From: Octopus sinensis
Taxonomy: Eukaryota
Length of the DNA stretch: 64,000 bases
NCBI RefSeq assembly: GCF_006345805.1
Contig: NC_043005.1
Coordinates: 105,648,001 to 105,712,000, forward strand
Reading direction: 5' to 3'
In this document: positions 51,459 to 63,279 of the stretch, piece by piece
Numbering within the stretch: position 1 is the stretch's first letter
How the letters are laid out: each line of letters begins with the position of its first letter
Program-made: the position numbers and the translations under genes
Notes under the pieces: generated by a model
The model's input: the letters and a program-made list of their open reading frames with translations, nothing else
What the model was told of the DNA's origin: nothing
Database searches by the model: none

Positions 51459-51892
51459 CTGCAAGTAAAAACAGCCCAACCCAATTATCGCCAATACCAC
51501 TACTATGGTGCCGCCGCCGCCACCGCCAGTAACAGTAGCAACAGCAGCAACAACAACAACAACAACAACAACATCAAGGACAATAACAGCTCAATTCCAA
51601 TTACCGCCACCGCCGCTGCCGTACAATAAAATATTTACAAAATAATAAACTACAGCTACAGATGCACCACCCGTCCCCTTCCCCGACGCCAGTTCTTTGT
51701 CAAGTCAAGAATGTCATAAAACTTCAACTTAACATTACATGTTATTTTCTCCATTTTCTGAACCGCACCCTAAATACACATTTACACATGTGTAGATACT
51801 CATACTTACACACACACACACACACACACAAACACACACACGTGCACAAGTACCATGCATGAACATACATATATGTGTGTGTATGTGTGTGA

Positions 51893-51929
<37 letters not shown>

Positions 51930-52468
51930 GTGTGTGTGTGTGTGCAATCGTATAATCATACAAATATACAAATCACCCCACACATATGTACGCACTGACG
52001 CATATATATATATTGGGCGTATTGGACGTGTGTGTATGCATGTGCATCTACGTATCTACACTTATCTCATTACCCTCGCACACAATAAAGAGGAAGCAAC
52101 ACACGCCGATAACACTTCATCCTGAAGATGATACTGTGAAGGTCTAGATACGATGATAAAGGATTTGGAAGCTTTACTGTCCGAAAAAAAAAAGACTGTC
52201 AAGAAATTATATAGAAAATAAGAAAATAAGAAAAGAAAAGAATACTCGATAACAGCGATAAAAATTGCTTCAAAGAAAGACTGCTTCACATATAAATCTC
52301 TCTCTATAATTGAATAAGTTGGAGTCAACAAGAAGGAGTACAGTTGGGCATTTATTCGTAATCACTACAATCGTTTCTACGCAACGTAGTTCTCCAGGTT
52401 TGCAGGTATCTGAAACCTGAAGGTAGACGAGATTTATACTGTGCTCTACTACGTTCTTAACAGAATAT

Positions 52469-52526
<58 letters not shown>

Positions 52527-52559
52527 AGTGTGTGTGTGTGTGGTGTGTGTGTGTATAAA

Positions 52560-52810
52560 AATTATATATAAAAATACAAAAGGGACAAGAACGCAAAACA
52601 CACAAAGAGACGACACAAAAAACGGACGAGTCATTTGAAGCCTCTAATCTTCAGTCAGGAACCGGATCATCCTAGCAATTTCGGCTGATTAATCCTGATA
52701 TCGCTCCGATCCGGCCAGCCCCAAGGAAAAAACTAAGCCGCGAGCATTAGATTTCTGGAAAAAGGATCGAATGTATACGAAACAAGGACAGAAAAACGGA
52801 CGATGCCACA
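52560..52810 (+). mobile_element. Solo PLE terminal-repeat segment homologous to 21000-21230 (opposite strand)
   Basis: Shared AAATACAAAA.GGGACAAGAACGCAAAAC and GGCCAGCCC.AAGGAAAAACTAAGC. Confidence 0.8.
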
Positions 52811-53103
52811 CGAATATAAATACAAAAAAAAACAAAAATAAAAAACAAGAATAGTGATAACAGGACAAAAACAGCTGGTGTCTTTCGACTTTAGACAGTT
52901 TAACTTATCTTAGCTGGCGTATTTAGAAATAAATGCCTTTGCGGCAGACGAAGAGAACAGTGTTGTCGTGGCGGCGGTCAAAGGCCGAAAGGCTAGTTGA
53001 CGAGCGGTCACGTGAGAGGAGAGAAGAAGAGAGAGCAAACCAGGGGGAAAGGAATGAAAGAGAGAGAGAAAAAGAGGGACAAAGGCACCATATATATATA
53101 TAC

Positions 53104-53240
53104 CGGAGTAAACACATAAATGTGAAACAAGGTGGAAAAAAGAGTACTCAAATACCAGTGGTAGAGTAATATCCTTTATTTAAAGCAGCAGAAAATTCAA
53201 CAAAACCTGTTACTCTGAGTTTCACGTTGCCGTTCGTCGT
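53104..53240 (-). mobile_element. Solo pLTR with 5'-damaged hammerhead (53207-53240)
   Basis: Minus: (AC)GACGA-ACG-GCAA-CGT-GAA-ACTC-A-GAGT-A-ACAG. The 5' part of the core and stem I are lost. Confidence 0.65.
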
Positions 53241-53518
53241 AAGACCCAAAGGTTTCAGGTAATGCTGAGTAAGTGCTATGGATAGACCATAGTTAAGCTC
53301 CAGGTTCGGTGATTATGCGAATAAGGGGTCCAACGTAGGTCATATATCAGCGTGTGTATATATAAAAAATTATTTTTCAGAATGAGATAAAAAAAAAACA
53401 AAGGCTGTGAAGATTTTAGAACATTTATAAATAGAAGGTCTTACAGCTTTTTCCAGGATATTTATTATATCCCTTCAGGGGGTATTTAAGCAATGCGTTC
53501 TTGGATAGTTGATGGGTT

Positions 53519-53571
53519 GGATATTGTGCTGATGAAAGAGTGATAACTCTTGAAATATGCATAAACAGTCC
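53519..53571 (+). ncRNA. Hammerhead ribozyme with canonical core
   Basis: GGATATTGTG-CTGATGA-AAGAGT-GATA-ACTCTT-GAA-ATATGCAT-A-AACAGTCC: perfect 6-bp stem II, AUA site, imperfect stem I (G.A at first pair). Confidence 0.75.
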
Positions 53572-53951
53572 TTGCCTATGTTTTCTCTCTTCGACCACAT
53601 TATTCCCATGGATGTATCCGTATGCGAAACGTCGTCACTTCCAGAGCTGTCTCTGAATTCTATAGAAAATCTATGAAGGTAAACTTTAAAATGAGGACAT
53701 CGCACTGCTAACATAAAAGCAAGACAATATTGACTCGTAAACATTTAATATTCTTTGTAGTATATTATAGTTGCCAACGTCCATGTGAATAATGTAGTTA
53801 ACGATGCACAGCTGCTAGAGGAGATGTCCTTTTGGGATTAAAGTATCGCAATAGAGTCCGCTCGAAAGGACAGCCATGTTAAAGTGTCTACGAATATTAC
53901 TTATAAGTATAACTACTGCGTTGATCTCTTAGAGAGATTTTAGAACTAGCA

Positions 53952-53985
<34 letters not shown>

Positions 53986-54174
53986 ATTATTGAAGTAGAT
54001 AAATGAATTATCTTATTACGGATTATTCAAATGATAACCGATACCTGGGTAGCAAAAATCACAACAGAAAAAGCACGGTTGAGGTTACGACCATGGGGCC
54101 TATGTAGAAAATGTAGAAAATAATAAAAAGGAATTTTGTTAAATCTTCGTTCAGCTCCATTTCTTCCTACACTA

Positions 54175-54258
<84 letters not shown>

Positions 54259-54389
54259 ATATATGTGCGTGGACAACTTACACACACACACACGGCACCA
54301 CAAACAATAGCAACTTGCGTAGGTGGATTAAGAAGTTTTAGAAAGGGAGAAACCGGCATCGCAAACCACACCGCGCAGGAGCACGTATG

Positions 54390-54740
54390 CAACCGTTGGC
54401 AGAATCGTTAGGGCGTCTAACAAAATGCCTTGTAGTATTCGTTTCGGCTCTTTACAGTCTGAGTTCAAATACTGATCCTTTCGGAGTCGATGAAATAAGC
54501 TCTGGAGTTGATGGTATCTACTGTAATCCTTCCATCAGAATTGCTGGTATTGTACCTAAATCAGAAACCAGTAGGTGTTCCTGCTCTTTACCCTTTAAAT
54601 TCAAATCGCACCGAATTCATCCTTGCTTTTCATCCTTCCGAGGTCGATAAAACAAAGTACTAGTCAAGTACTGGGTTCGATATAATCGACTTTTCTCCTT
54701 CCCCAAATACCAACTGGGCCTTGTGCTTGTGTTAGAAATA
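54390..54740 (+). mobile_element. Two diverged SINE family A variant copies
   Basis: TTGGCAGAATCGTTAG head, GAGTTCAAAT, TTTCATCCTTCCGAGGTCGATAAAA. Confidence 0.75.
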
Positions 54741-55489
54741 ATTATCTATTTATTAGATTCTTCTCACAGTCACCAAACGCCAGGAAATCGTAACTGCCAA
54801 GAAGCTTACGACCACTTCGTAAAAACCTATACACATACATTTAAATGTGATTATTTCGCAACAGCAAAAGCGGAGAAAAAAAAGCTAAACTAAAAAAAAA
54901 AAGAAAAAAAATTATGGAGTTAAAAAAAATAACCGAATAGATAAAAATAAGAATGGAAAATTTCTATTATTTCTGGCGAGTTCTTGGCCAAACACTTACA
55001 GCAAAGAACACATTTATTATGCAACAGAAACTCAGCTCTTAAAAACATTTTGAAATCAATTCTCGCCATCGTTTGAAAGACCATGTCACAAATAAATGCA
55101 AGACGATGTTTACATTTCAACTAACTGATAATCTTATCACTTTATTTCATCACATTTCTCCGTTGTTGTTTGCTGTTTTGACATATTTTCTCGTCTAAAA
55201 ACGCCTAAAATGGATGAAATTAGATTACGTAAGCTCAGAGCAATGGTAGATGTTACGACTGCGATGCAAGTCAATTTAATATATACTGGCGTCATTCGGA
55301 CAAGACAAGACAATCCGACATGCGGTAGGAAAGTCGATGACTGGAATAACTTAAAGCAAACTAAAGCCCTTGATGCGCTTTTCTTTAGCTTCATTTTTTT
55401 GTTCTTTGAACGACTTTAGAACTAAGTTTACCAAAAATAGTGAGGATGTTGCGTCTATTTCCTCTCTCCCCCCCATCCTTGTTGTTGTT

Positions 55490-55664
55490 GTTGCTCTTCT
55501 TCTTCTTCTTCTTCTTCTTCGTCTTCTTCTTCTTCTTCTTCTTCTTCTTTACTACCATTATATGCTACTGTCTTCATCATCACTGTCTTCCTCGTCGTCG
55601 TACAAGTCAGCAACAATAGGATCACTCTGTCCTCCTCTTCCTCCTCTTCCTCCGCTTCCTCTTC

Positions 55665-55725
<61 letters not shown>

Positions 55726-55775
55726 CATCATCATCATCATAATCATCATCATCATCATAATCATCATCATCATCA

Positions 55776-55847
<72 letters not shown>

Positions 55848-55875
55848 TATTATTATTATTATTATTATTATTATC
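55490..55875. repeat. (CTT)n/(ATT)n/(ATC)n compound microsatellite
   Basis: Direct reading. Confidence 0.95.
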
Positions 55876-55964
55876 TAATTATTCTAATAAAAGACACGAC
55901 ATCCATATAATGTGACCAAGTTTTGCAAATACATTCTTCTCACCATTGTTGTATAGAATAATAG

Positions 55965-56095
55965 AAAGGATTATAGAGAAGCTATTGGGAACCAATAGAA
56001 TAGCAGGGATTATAGAGAAATTATTGTGAGCCAATAGAATACTAGGAATTATAGAGAAATTATTGCGAACCAATGGAATAGCAGAAATTAGAGAG
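55965..56095. repeat. 39-bp minisatellite, three copies
   Basis: ATTATAGAGAAATTATTG..A.CCAATAGAATA..AGG repeated. Confidence 0.85.
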
Positions 56096-56954
56096 ATGTT
56101 TTTGATGATCGAAGTACAGTGTTCCAATTTCAGTAGGCAAATTCGGTGGAGCACCAGAATAAATGCCTTGTGTTTTTTAGTTATGTCTCTTTAGATTGTG
56201 ATTTCAAATCCTTTCAAAGTCGATTTTCTTTTCATCTTACAGGTGTTTTTGAAATAACTACCTGTCAGATTCTAAGATCGAGTAAATCGAAATCGAATAT
56301 GTAACTCCCACCCCACCTCACCCCAGCAAATGTGTGACCGTTTGCCAAACTTAGAAACGATAGTTAATACTATGGAAGAGGCGGTAGGTGGTAGAAATAG
56401 ATTATAGTTAATCCCCGATTCCCGGTGGGTGGACCAGCAAATAAACATTCTGGAAAGTACATTTTGGCTTTTGTTTTTTAAAGATAACACACTTATGTGT
56501 ACACTTTGACTCACACGTACAATTATATAAATCTATTCATATACCCACATTACAATACCGTAATAGATGTCCCTGATTTTATAGCTGTTATCCATAGCGT
56601 TGATAGTGAGCGCATAAAGGTTTAGTAAAATAAACGCTAACACGCTCGATGCGATGAACACAGTAACTTTAATTAAGTCCATATCTGGCTATGTATGTCA
56701 AGCGGTTGATTGTTATTCAGCTGTGCAGTTTCTATCCACAGCTGAAAAAGAAAGAAAATATTATTTGACGGTTGATTCAGATCTGCAATGGTATGAAAAG
56801 AGAATCGTAATATTCCATTCTTTATTCACAACTATTTTTTTACAATACCACTTTTATGTGAATCTTCACTTGTTGATCTTGTTTCTGATTAAATTCTTTA
56901 ATTTCCCTAATATCACAAAGAGATGTCTTAGAGATCCAGTCAAGCCAGATGCCA

Positions 56955-57044
56955 TCATTTGTCTTTCCGTAATCTGAGTGTAGATGACTTTGGAACTTTG
57001 AGAAGTCTTTCAGGAATCATCTTATTGTTCATTAGACCAAACAC
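56955..57044 (-). CDS. Candidate terminal coding exon of an unidentified host gene (VFGLMNNKMIPERLLKVPKSSTLRLRKDK*)
   Basis: Acceptor ttttgtag; exactly 30 codons to TGA; phase 0 matches the upstream donor. Confidence 0.4.
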   Translation of the reverse strand: MFGLMNNKMIPERLLKVPKSSTLRLRKDK

Positions 57045-57213
57045 CTACAAAATCGCATTTTGCAAGCTTACTGTTCTGCTAGTAACAAACTGCAGTTCAA
57101 TTCGATATTTTTGGATGTGATTTTATGATTCCGTCTTATTCTTATTAGACGCAGAATCTTGAAAATTACTGAAACGACTGGAATAAATCTACAAGTTGGT
57201 TGTTCTGTCTTAC

Positions 57214-57409
57214 ATTGGAATTAGGAATGTAATCTTTGGAGTTTGGAACGTAATCTCTTGTGTTAGCCCATATATGAGTCTTCAATAATTCTGATGAATC
57301 AAGAGTTTTACAGAACCTGAAGAATTTCATCAAAACTATTTTACTTTCTTCATCCATTGGAGGGAATGGCTTTCGTTTTACTTCTCCCAGCTTCTCATAT
57401 CTTTCACCT
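57214..57409 (-). CDS. Candidate penultimate coding exon (GERYEKLGEVKRKPFPPMDEESKIVLMKFFRFCKTLDSSELLKTHIWANTRDYVPNSKDYIPNSN)
   Basis: Open frame, donor gtaaga in phase 0, 169-bp intron. The acceptor is weak; an alternative lies at ttcttcag. Confidence 0.4.
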
Positions 57410-57795
57410 CTAATTTATTCTATCTTTAGTTTGACGTGATAACTAATTTAAACTTTATCAGACACATTGAAACTTCTTGCAAACGGTTTGTTTTTTACTG
57501 AATTCCCGCGTATTTTCTAAAAAATTATTTTAAACGAAGCGAATATTTATTTTTGTTCACTAGATATTTGTTTTATTTTTTTCAATTTGTTTTCTAATTT
57601 CTAGGTCCTTGATATATAATCATTTCAGTTGTTCTGTGTTTACGGATATAATTGCTTTTATATATTTTATAATTCTTTGGATATTTTATTTCCCTAGTTT
57701 TGTTCTGTAGTAAATATACACCAAGGCCATTTAGTTGACTTTGTTCTCCGACTAGCTTCTGGCTCGCAGAGGCACTAATCTATCTGTATATTCCA

Positions 57796-58026
57796 GGCGG
57801 CGATATTTAAGGCGGCGAGCTGGCAGAAACGTTAGCACGCCGGGCGAAATGCGTAGCCGTATTTCGTCTGCCGTTACGTTCTGAGTTCAAATTCCGCCGA
57901 GGTCGACTTTGCCTTTCATCCTTTCGGGGTCGATAAATTAAGTACCAGTTACGCACTGGGATCGATATAATCGACTTAATCCGTTTGTCTGTCCTTGTTT
58001 AGCCCCTTGTGGGTAGTAAAGAAATA
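57796..58026 (+). mobile_element. Young SINE family A with perfect 15-bp TSD
   Basis: TATCTGTATATTCCA at 57781-57795 and 58027-58041. Confidence 0.93.
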
Positions 58027-58489
58027 TATCTGTATATTCCAACGGATTTTGTTTCTCTGGACAAGCAAGTTGAATGCCATGACTACCACTGGTCAAGCTG
58101 GTCCCGTGTTCCTTGCTCTCCTCTTCCCTTTCCTATCGTGCTTCATTTTTAAGCATCCTATTAAAACACCTTCCAAATAATTTCCTCCCAGAATGGAATC
58201 TCCTCTGGAATTTCATCTTTTTCTCACAAACCACGACTTCTAGGACTTTTTTCAATTGATCATCGAACACAATGACTCCAAGTCTACAAAAGGTGTGGAC
58301 ACTTAACTCCTTTTTGTTTCTACCTTACACGTAAATCGCTTACATCTAAAACAAGGAGTCAAACCCTATCAATGGGGTCTTCGTGAGAGCTGAAATCGTG
58401 ACATTTGAATCGGTAACGTTGCAGAATCATTTTAAATTCTGCTTTTTTTAGCATTAAAATTAGCTTCATAACGAATCGGACTACGTTTT

Positions 58490-58539
<50 letters not shown>

Positions 58540-59149
58540 CACACACACACACACACATACACATACACACACGCATACACACACACATACACACACGCAT
58601 ACACAAACACACACGCACACATACATGCAAATATATGCGTAAATTCCAACACACCAGCAATATTAAGCCTAAATGTCAACGAGTTTACGTGCACTCACTA
58701 ACACAGAGATATGCTCAAGTTGAACACACATGAAAACATTTAAACACACACACATACATACATGCTCACATACGCACAAACATACTCGAGTACATACTCT
58801 CATATACGCACACACACTGAGAAAATCCTATTTTAATGATTTATTATTTAACCACTGCCCAAAATATACTTAAGACTTTCTCAAATTGATTTATTGTTAA
58901 TAAGTTAGTACTTCTGCTTGCCTGTTGCAGCGTGGATTGTAAATTTATTTTTATAATCTTTATTTGACTAAGTTTTATTATTCATATTCAAATACACTTC
59001 AACTTAAATTAATTGAGAACGCATGCAAAACACATTAGAGTATTAATTGCTTATAAATACGAAGTCATTATGTCTCACCGTTCTTGCTCCGCAACTATTA
59101 AATCGACTCCCTTTCCGTCCCTCGTCCTCTCTCTCTCTATATATACTCT

Positions 59150-59531
59150 TTTACTGGTTTCAGTCATTTGGTTGTGGCCATGCTGGAGCACCGCCTTTAG
59201 TCGAGCAAATCGACCCCAGGATTTATTCTTTGTAAGCCTAGTACTTATTCTATCGGTCTCTTTTGCCGAACCGCTGACGGGGACGTAAACACACCAGCAT
59301 TGGTTGTCAAGCGATATTGGGGAGACAAACACAGACACACAACATATACACACACACATATATATATACATATATACGATGGGCTTCTTTCAGTTTCCGT
59401 CTACCAAATCCACTCGCAAGGTTTTGGTTGACCCGAGGCTATAGTAGAAGACACTTGCCCACGGTGCCACGTAGTGGGACTGAACCCTGAACCATGTGGT
59501 TGGTAAGCAAGCTACTTACCACACAGCCACT
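59150..59531 (-). mobile_element. SINE family B (CORE-like)
   Basis: Revcomp of the 39021-39420 family. Confidence 0.9.
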
Positions 59532-59614
59532 TTATAAACACACACGTACATGCATGTATACACGTATATACACATGCATATTTATACACACATCACACAT
59601 ACATACATAAAAAT

Positions 59615-60040
59615 TAGAACAATCACCAAGTTAAAACACGACCGGCCAGATATTGTTGTGTAGGACCACAAGGAAAGATATGATTTGTTGTGGAAATCAA
59701 CTGCCCTTTGGTTACCAATGTGGTTCGAAAAATACAAGAGAAAGAGGACATCTCTGAACCATTAAAAAGGAGTTTGAAAATCCTGTACCCAAGATACCCT
59801 TTCAGCTTCATACCTGTTATTATTGGAGCGACAAGATACAAACCAACCCGTCTGAAGCAAAGTATGGCTGAACTCGGGTTCTTGAGGAGAGAACGTAAAT
59901 CCTTAATTCTTACGATATCTGGCACTATAAATATCTGCAAGACGTTCTCAGGATTTAAAGGATGATGAACAAAGCAAGATGTTTTCCTTGACAACTTTGC
60001 TACCAAGTCGATGGCCGGTCAAAATTTACTCTAAATTAAA
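59615..60040 (+). pseudogene. RLE-type LINE C-terminal endonuclease fragment (second family)
   Basis: KHDRPDIVV..EINCP..N..KIQEKE..LKILYP..FSFIPVIIGA..GTINICKTF. Confidence 0.8.
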
Positions 60041-60364
60041 AAGAGAAAGAGAAGAACATAACATACTAACAATATATATGTTTGTATCCAGATATATCCG
60101 ACATATGAATGTTGATCAATCTGCATAAAATAGTAACTTAATTTCTCTTAAATCAAACCCTGCTGTCTTAAAAGAGACAGGACTTATTGAATAACCCTAT
60201 CCCCCCAAAATACAGGTTTATTCCAGCTGGATATTTTAATCAAAGGTCCTCTGATTGGGATTGAGCTGGGCTAAATTGCGTCGCACAACAACGATCCTTT
60301 AACTTCCTCTACATGCTTTGTGTATTAGGATCTAAAAAAATGATCTGCGGTATATTGCTTAGTA

Positions 60365-60500
60365 GATCAACCTAACTGGAGATGAACTCAACTGGAGACC
60401 AACTTAACTGGAGGTTAACCTAGCTGGAGATCAACATAAGTGGCGAGTAACCAGGCTGAAAATCGAGATTCTGACTGGAGAGTAACCTGAATGAAGTAGC
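60365..60500. repeat. Degenerate 16-bp minisatellite (GATCAACCTAACTGGA), about 8 units
   Basis: Direct reading. Confidence 0.8.
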
Positions 60501-60834
60501 TAATTTAGTAATAACAGAAGAAAATTCTCTAGATACATATTTCACCATCATCAGTGTACTGGATATGCGTTATCAAAGATTGAAAGCATTGTTTTGTTGC
60601 TTAGCTCCACGTCAGCATTGATCTTGGCGATTCCAGCCATGACTATTCACACTGTATCAAAGACTATACTGTACAATGTGCACTCCAAGCTTGAAATGCA
60701 GTAGGGTATAATTTGAGGGTTAATTCGTTGCTACTTCTAAGAGAACCTGTGACTACGTAGAAACGCGCTTGTGTGCGTCTGTACTTTTGTATGCTTGTCT
60801 ATGTGCTGAAGCATGTATGTCATTATTCAGTTAT

Positions 60835-61605
60835 TCAGAAAGAGCCGGTTTCTAACCTAGATCCAAGGCTCCTTCACTGGAATTTCAACATCAGTAACAA
60901 GATATTTTTGTTTGTATGTATGTATATGTGCAGATTTGTATGTTTTGTTTTATGTGTGTATTATTTTGCATATACTTGCATATCTAGATATGCTCATATA
61001 TATTTAAATGATAAACTTCTGGAAAGTTTTACACATTTTTACAGTTCCAGTGATGGACTGGATCTGTAGACTTCGGATTAGCCTTCTCCTTTCTGGTTTT
61101 GAGAAACCTAATTTATCAACATTGGTATTTAGACAGTGTGTTACATATCCCAGAGCCTCAATAATTACAGGTATAAACCTGAACTTGTAGTCTGGATATA
61201 GTAACTGCATATTTCTCAATAGTTTAGCGTAGGTATTCTCTTTTTCGCTGATCTTCAACTTAATGTTAACATCCGCTGGGCCGCTAGTTTCCACTACTGT
61301 ACGCAGTTTCTCTTCTCTATCCCAAATCCTTATATCAGGTCTGTTGTGCTTACATTTTATTAAGGTTTTCACTGGGAAATTCCACCAGTCCTCTTTTTTA
61401 TTACTGTGGGTTTTTATTTCTTTGTCCTCGGGGTTATCCTTCCGACGGATTTCCTTATAGAGTGTCCTAGCTACCTCAAGTCTCAGCGGTAGATAATACC
61501 GTGATGACATTTTTGGACAACTGCTTATGATGAGGGTGATATCTTTGGTGTTAACTCCACAAAGTCTGCACCAGTTGTCACATTTTACTGTTTTTCCTGC
61601 ATCTC
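60835..61605 (-). pseudogene. RLE-type (R4/Dong-like) LINE 3' end: CCHC knuckle + PD-(D/E)xK endonuclease + 3' UTR
   Basis: CRLCG..ITLIISSCPK (His lost); WWN..HNRPDI.IWD..VVETSGPAD.N..KISEKE..Y..L..FIPVIIEALG; ORF 61004-61510. Confidence 0.88.
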
Positions 61606-61971
61606 ATGTATGTATGTATGTATGTATGGATAGATGTGTACTTATGCATGCATGTATGTGTGTGTGTATTATATGCGTTGACAGCCAAACAGACAGATGG
61701 TTGCTCTTATCAAAAAATATTATCAAACAGCTTTATTTAAGGTTTCTGAATATTAGTAAAATATAGGAATTACTCAGATCCAAGCAGATGTATTCTTTCA
61801 CTCAAAGTTCTTCTCAAAAATTTTCCTCCAAATTTCTTTTAAAATCAAAGCTGCTAACTAAGATATGAAAAAGAAATCAGGTTTTTATTTCTATTTTGCA
61901 AGTACACAGGTGGAGATCGTTAATCAAATCTATTTTCTTATGTTTATATTTTTGTAAGTTTTTATTTTTAA

Positions 61972-62020
<49 letters not shown>

Positions 62021-62629
62021 ATGACGTATTTCGAAGAAGTTTTGTGAAAATTCACCTGCTGAACCGTGATAAATTGAACGGCAGATGAAGTAATCTTTAA
62101 TTGAGGAAGAGAAGTGAGCCTTCTGTTTGCCGAATTTATGATAAGTGGATGAAATTCGATGTACAAGATAAAAGTCTGGAAGATTTTGTTCGACTTAAAG
62201 AAGTGCAATGGCGATATGGTATCAAAATATTCGTTAATCTTGTACTTTCTTAATGTTGGTGCCTGTGTAGAGGTGTAGACGACTGGAAGGTCCTTATCTG
62301 ACGTAAAACAACATCAGCTTCACACACAATGACACGCACATACGTATATACGTGTAATAGAAGTGCAGAGATATTTGTGTACATGTATCAGTGTGTATGA
62401 ATATGCAGTCGTACGTATTTGTGTATGTGTGTGCATGAGTGTGTATGTGTGTGTGTAATGCGAAATAGTCGTGACTGGCTGCGGATTGCTTCGTGTGATT
62501 ATGTATTAATTACATAATACATTTATCAGACCATTTTGGAGCTAACAAACAAAGAATCTTCCTTCTTCGTGAAAGACGGTAGAACACTTCCGTTCATATA
62601 TGTGTGTGTGCGTGTGCGCGCGTGTGTGC

Positions 62630-62669
<40 letters not shown>

Positions 62670-62959
62670 CGAATGAGCATACATGCCTACACTTATATAT
62701 GGATGAAGACAAATTTCAATACAAATAACCTTTTCAGGATTCAATCTCGGATGTATGTGTCTGTGATCAGGGGCAGCACTATCTCGAAGATGGAAGCAGT
62801 TTTGTATTGTAGTGGACACCTGGTCTTTGTAGAGAGTTAATAATAGTTGCTGGAAAGTGAAGTATTTCGTATCACTTGAAGAGGAAAGCCAGTTTTTGAG
62901 ATGCAGCATTAATTATATTGATGTTGCGCAGTCTCTAGGACAGTTCTTCCGTGATATTC

Positions 62960-63130
62960 TTGTCTACGATGGGCGCAAGGCCTGAAATTTTGGTGGAAGG
63001 TGCTAGTTAATTACATCGATCGCACTGCTTGACTGGTATTTATTTTAACGACCCCGAAGGGATGAAAAGGCAAAGTCGACCGCGGTAGAATTTGCCGCTA
63101 AGCATTTTGTACGGCGTTCTAACGATTCTG
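62960..63130 (-). mobile_element. Diverged SINE family A variant
   Basis: GACCCCGAAGGGATGAAAAGGCAAAGTCGACC..GCCGCTAAGCATTT. Confidence 0.75.
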
Positions 63131-63186
63131 CTTTCTCACCGCTTTGGATCTTCAATGATATGAACGGCCTTTAGACTTCTTTCCAG

Positions 63187-63279
63187 TTACGAACTTTTCC
63201 TGTGGGATGTTGTACGATTTGTGGGTAGTGACCGTCAGTTGATGCCGTTCAAAGGGACAAAATTGACCAGTTTTCACTG
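63187..63279 (+). CDS. Candidate internal exon, 93 nt, phase 2-2 (YELFLWDVVRFVGSDRQLMPFKGTKLTSFH)
   Basis: Acceptor cttctttccag, donor gtgagt; only one of the three frames is open. Competing reading: antisense of an old LINE RT relic. Confidence 0.3.

Noticed and set aside
57310-57375. Similarity of KRKPFPPMDEESK..L..FFR to the C-terminus of heparan-sulfate sulfotransferases (NDST-like KGRKYP.MD..SR..L..YYR)
   Set aside because: The following residues lack the expected HN..L..LL helix and no other sulfotransferase exon was found; too short to assign a gene symbol.
58060-58500. Minus-strand frame LGVIVFDDQLKK.. as an exon or CR1 relic
   Set aside because: In-frame stop, weak donors and only a 5-residue CR1-like match; cannot be assigned.
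60365-60500. Pentapeptide-repeat coding sequence
   Set aside because: The unit is 16 bp, not a multiple of three.
62101-62253. Protein-like plus frame LRKRSEPSVCRIYDKWMKFDVQDK..
   Set aside because: Preceded by an in-frame TAA, with no credible acceptor; possibly a gag relic but unsupported.
63187-63279. Kinesin motif resemblance (MPFKGTKLT versus IPYRDSKLT)
   Set aside because: Only 4-5 residues match and no other motor-domain exons are in the window.
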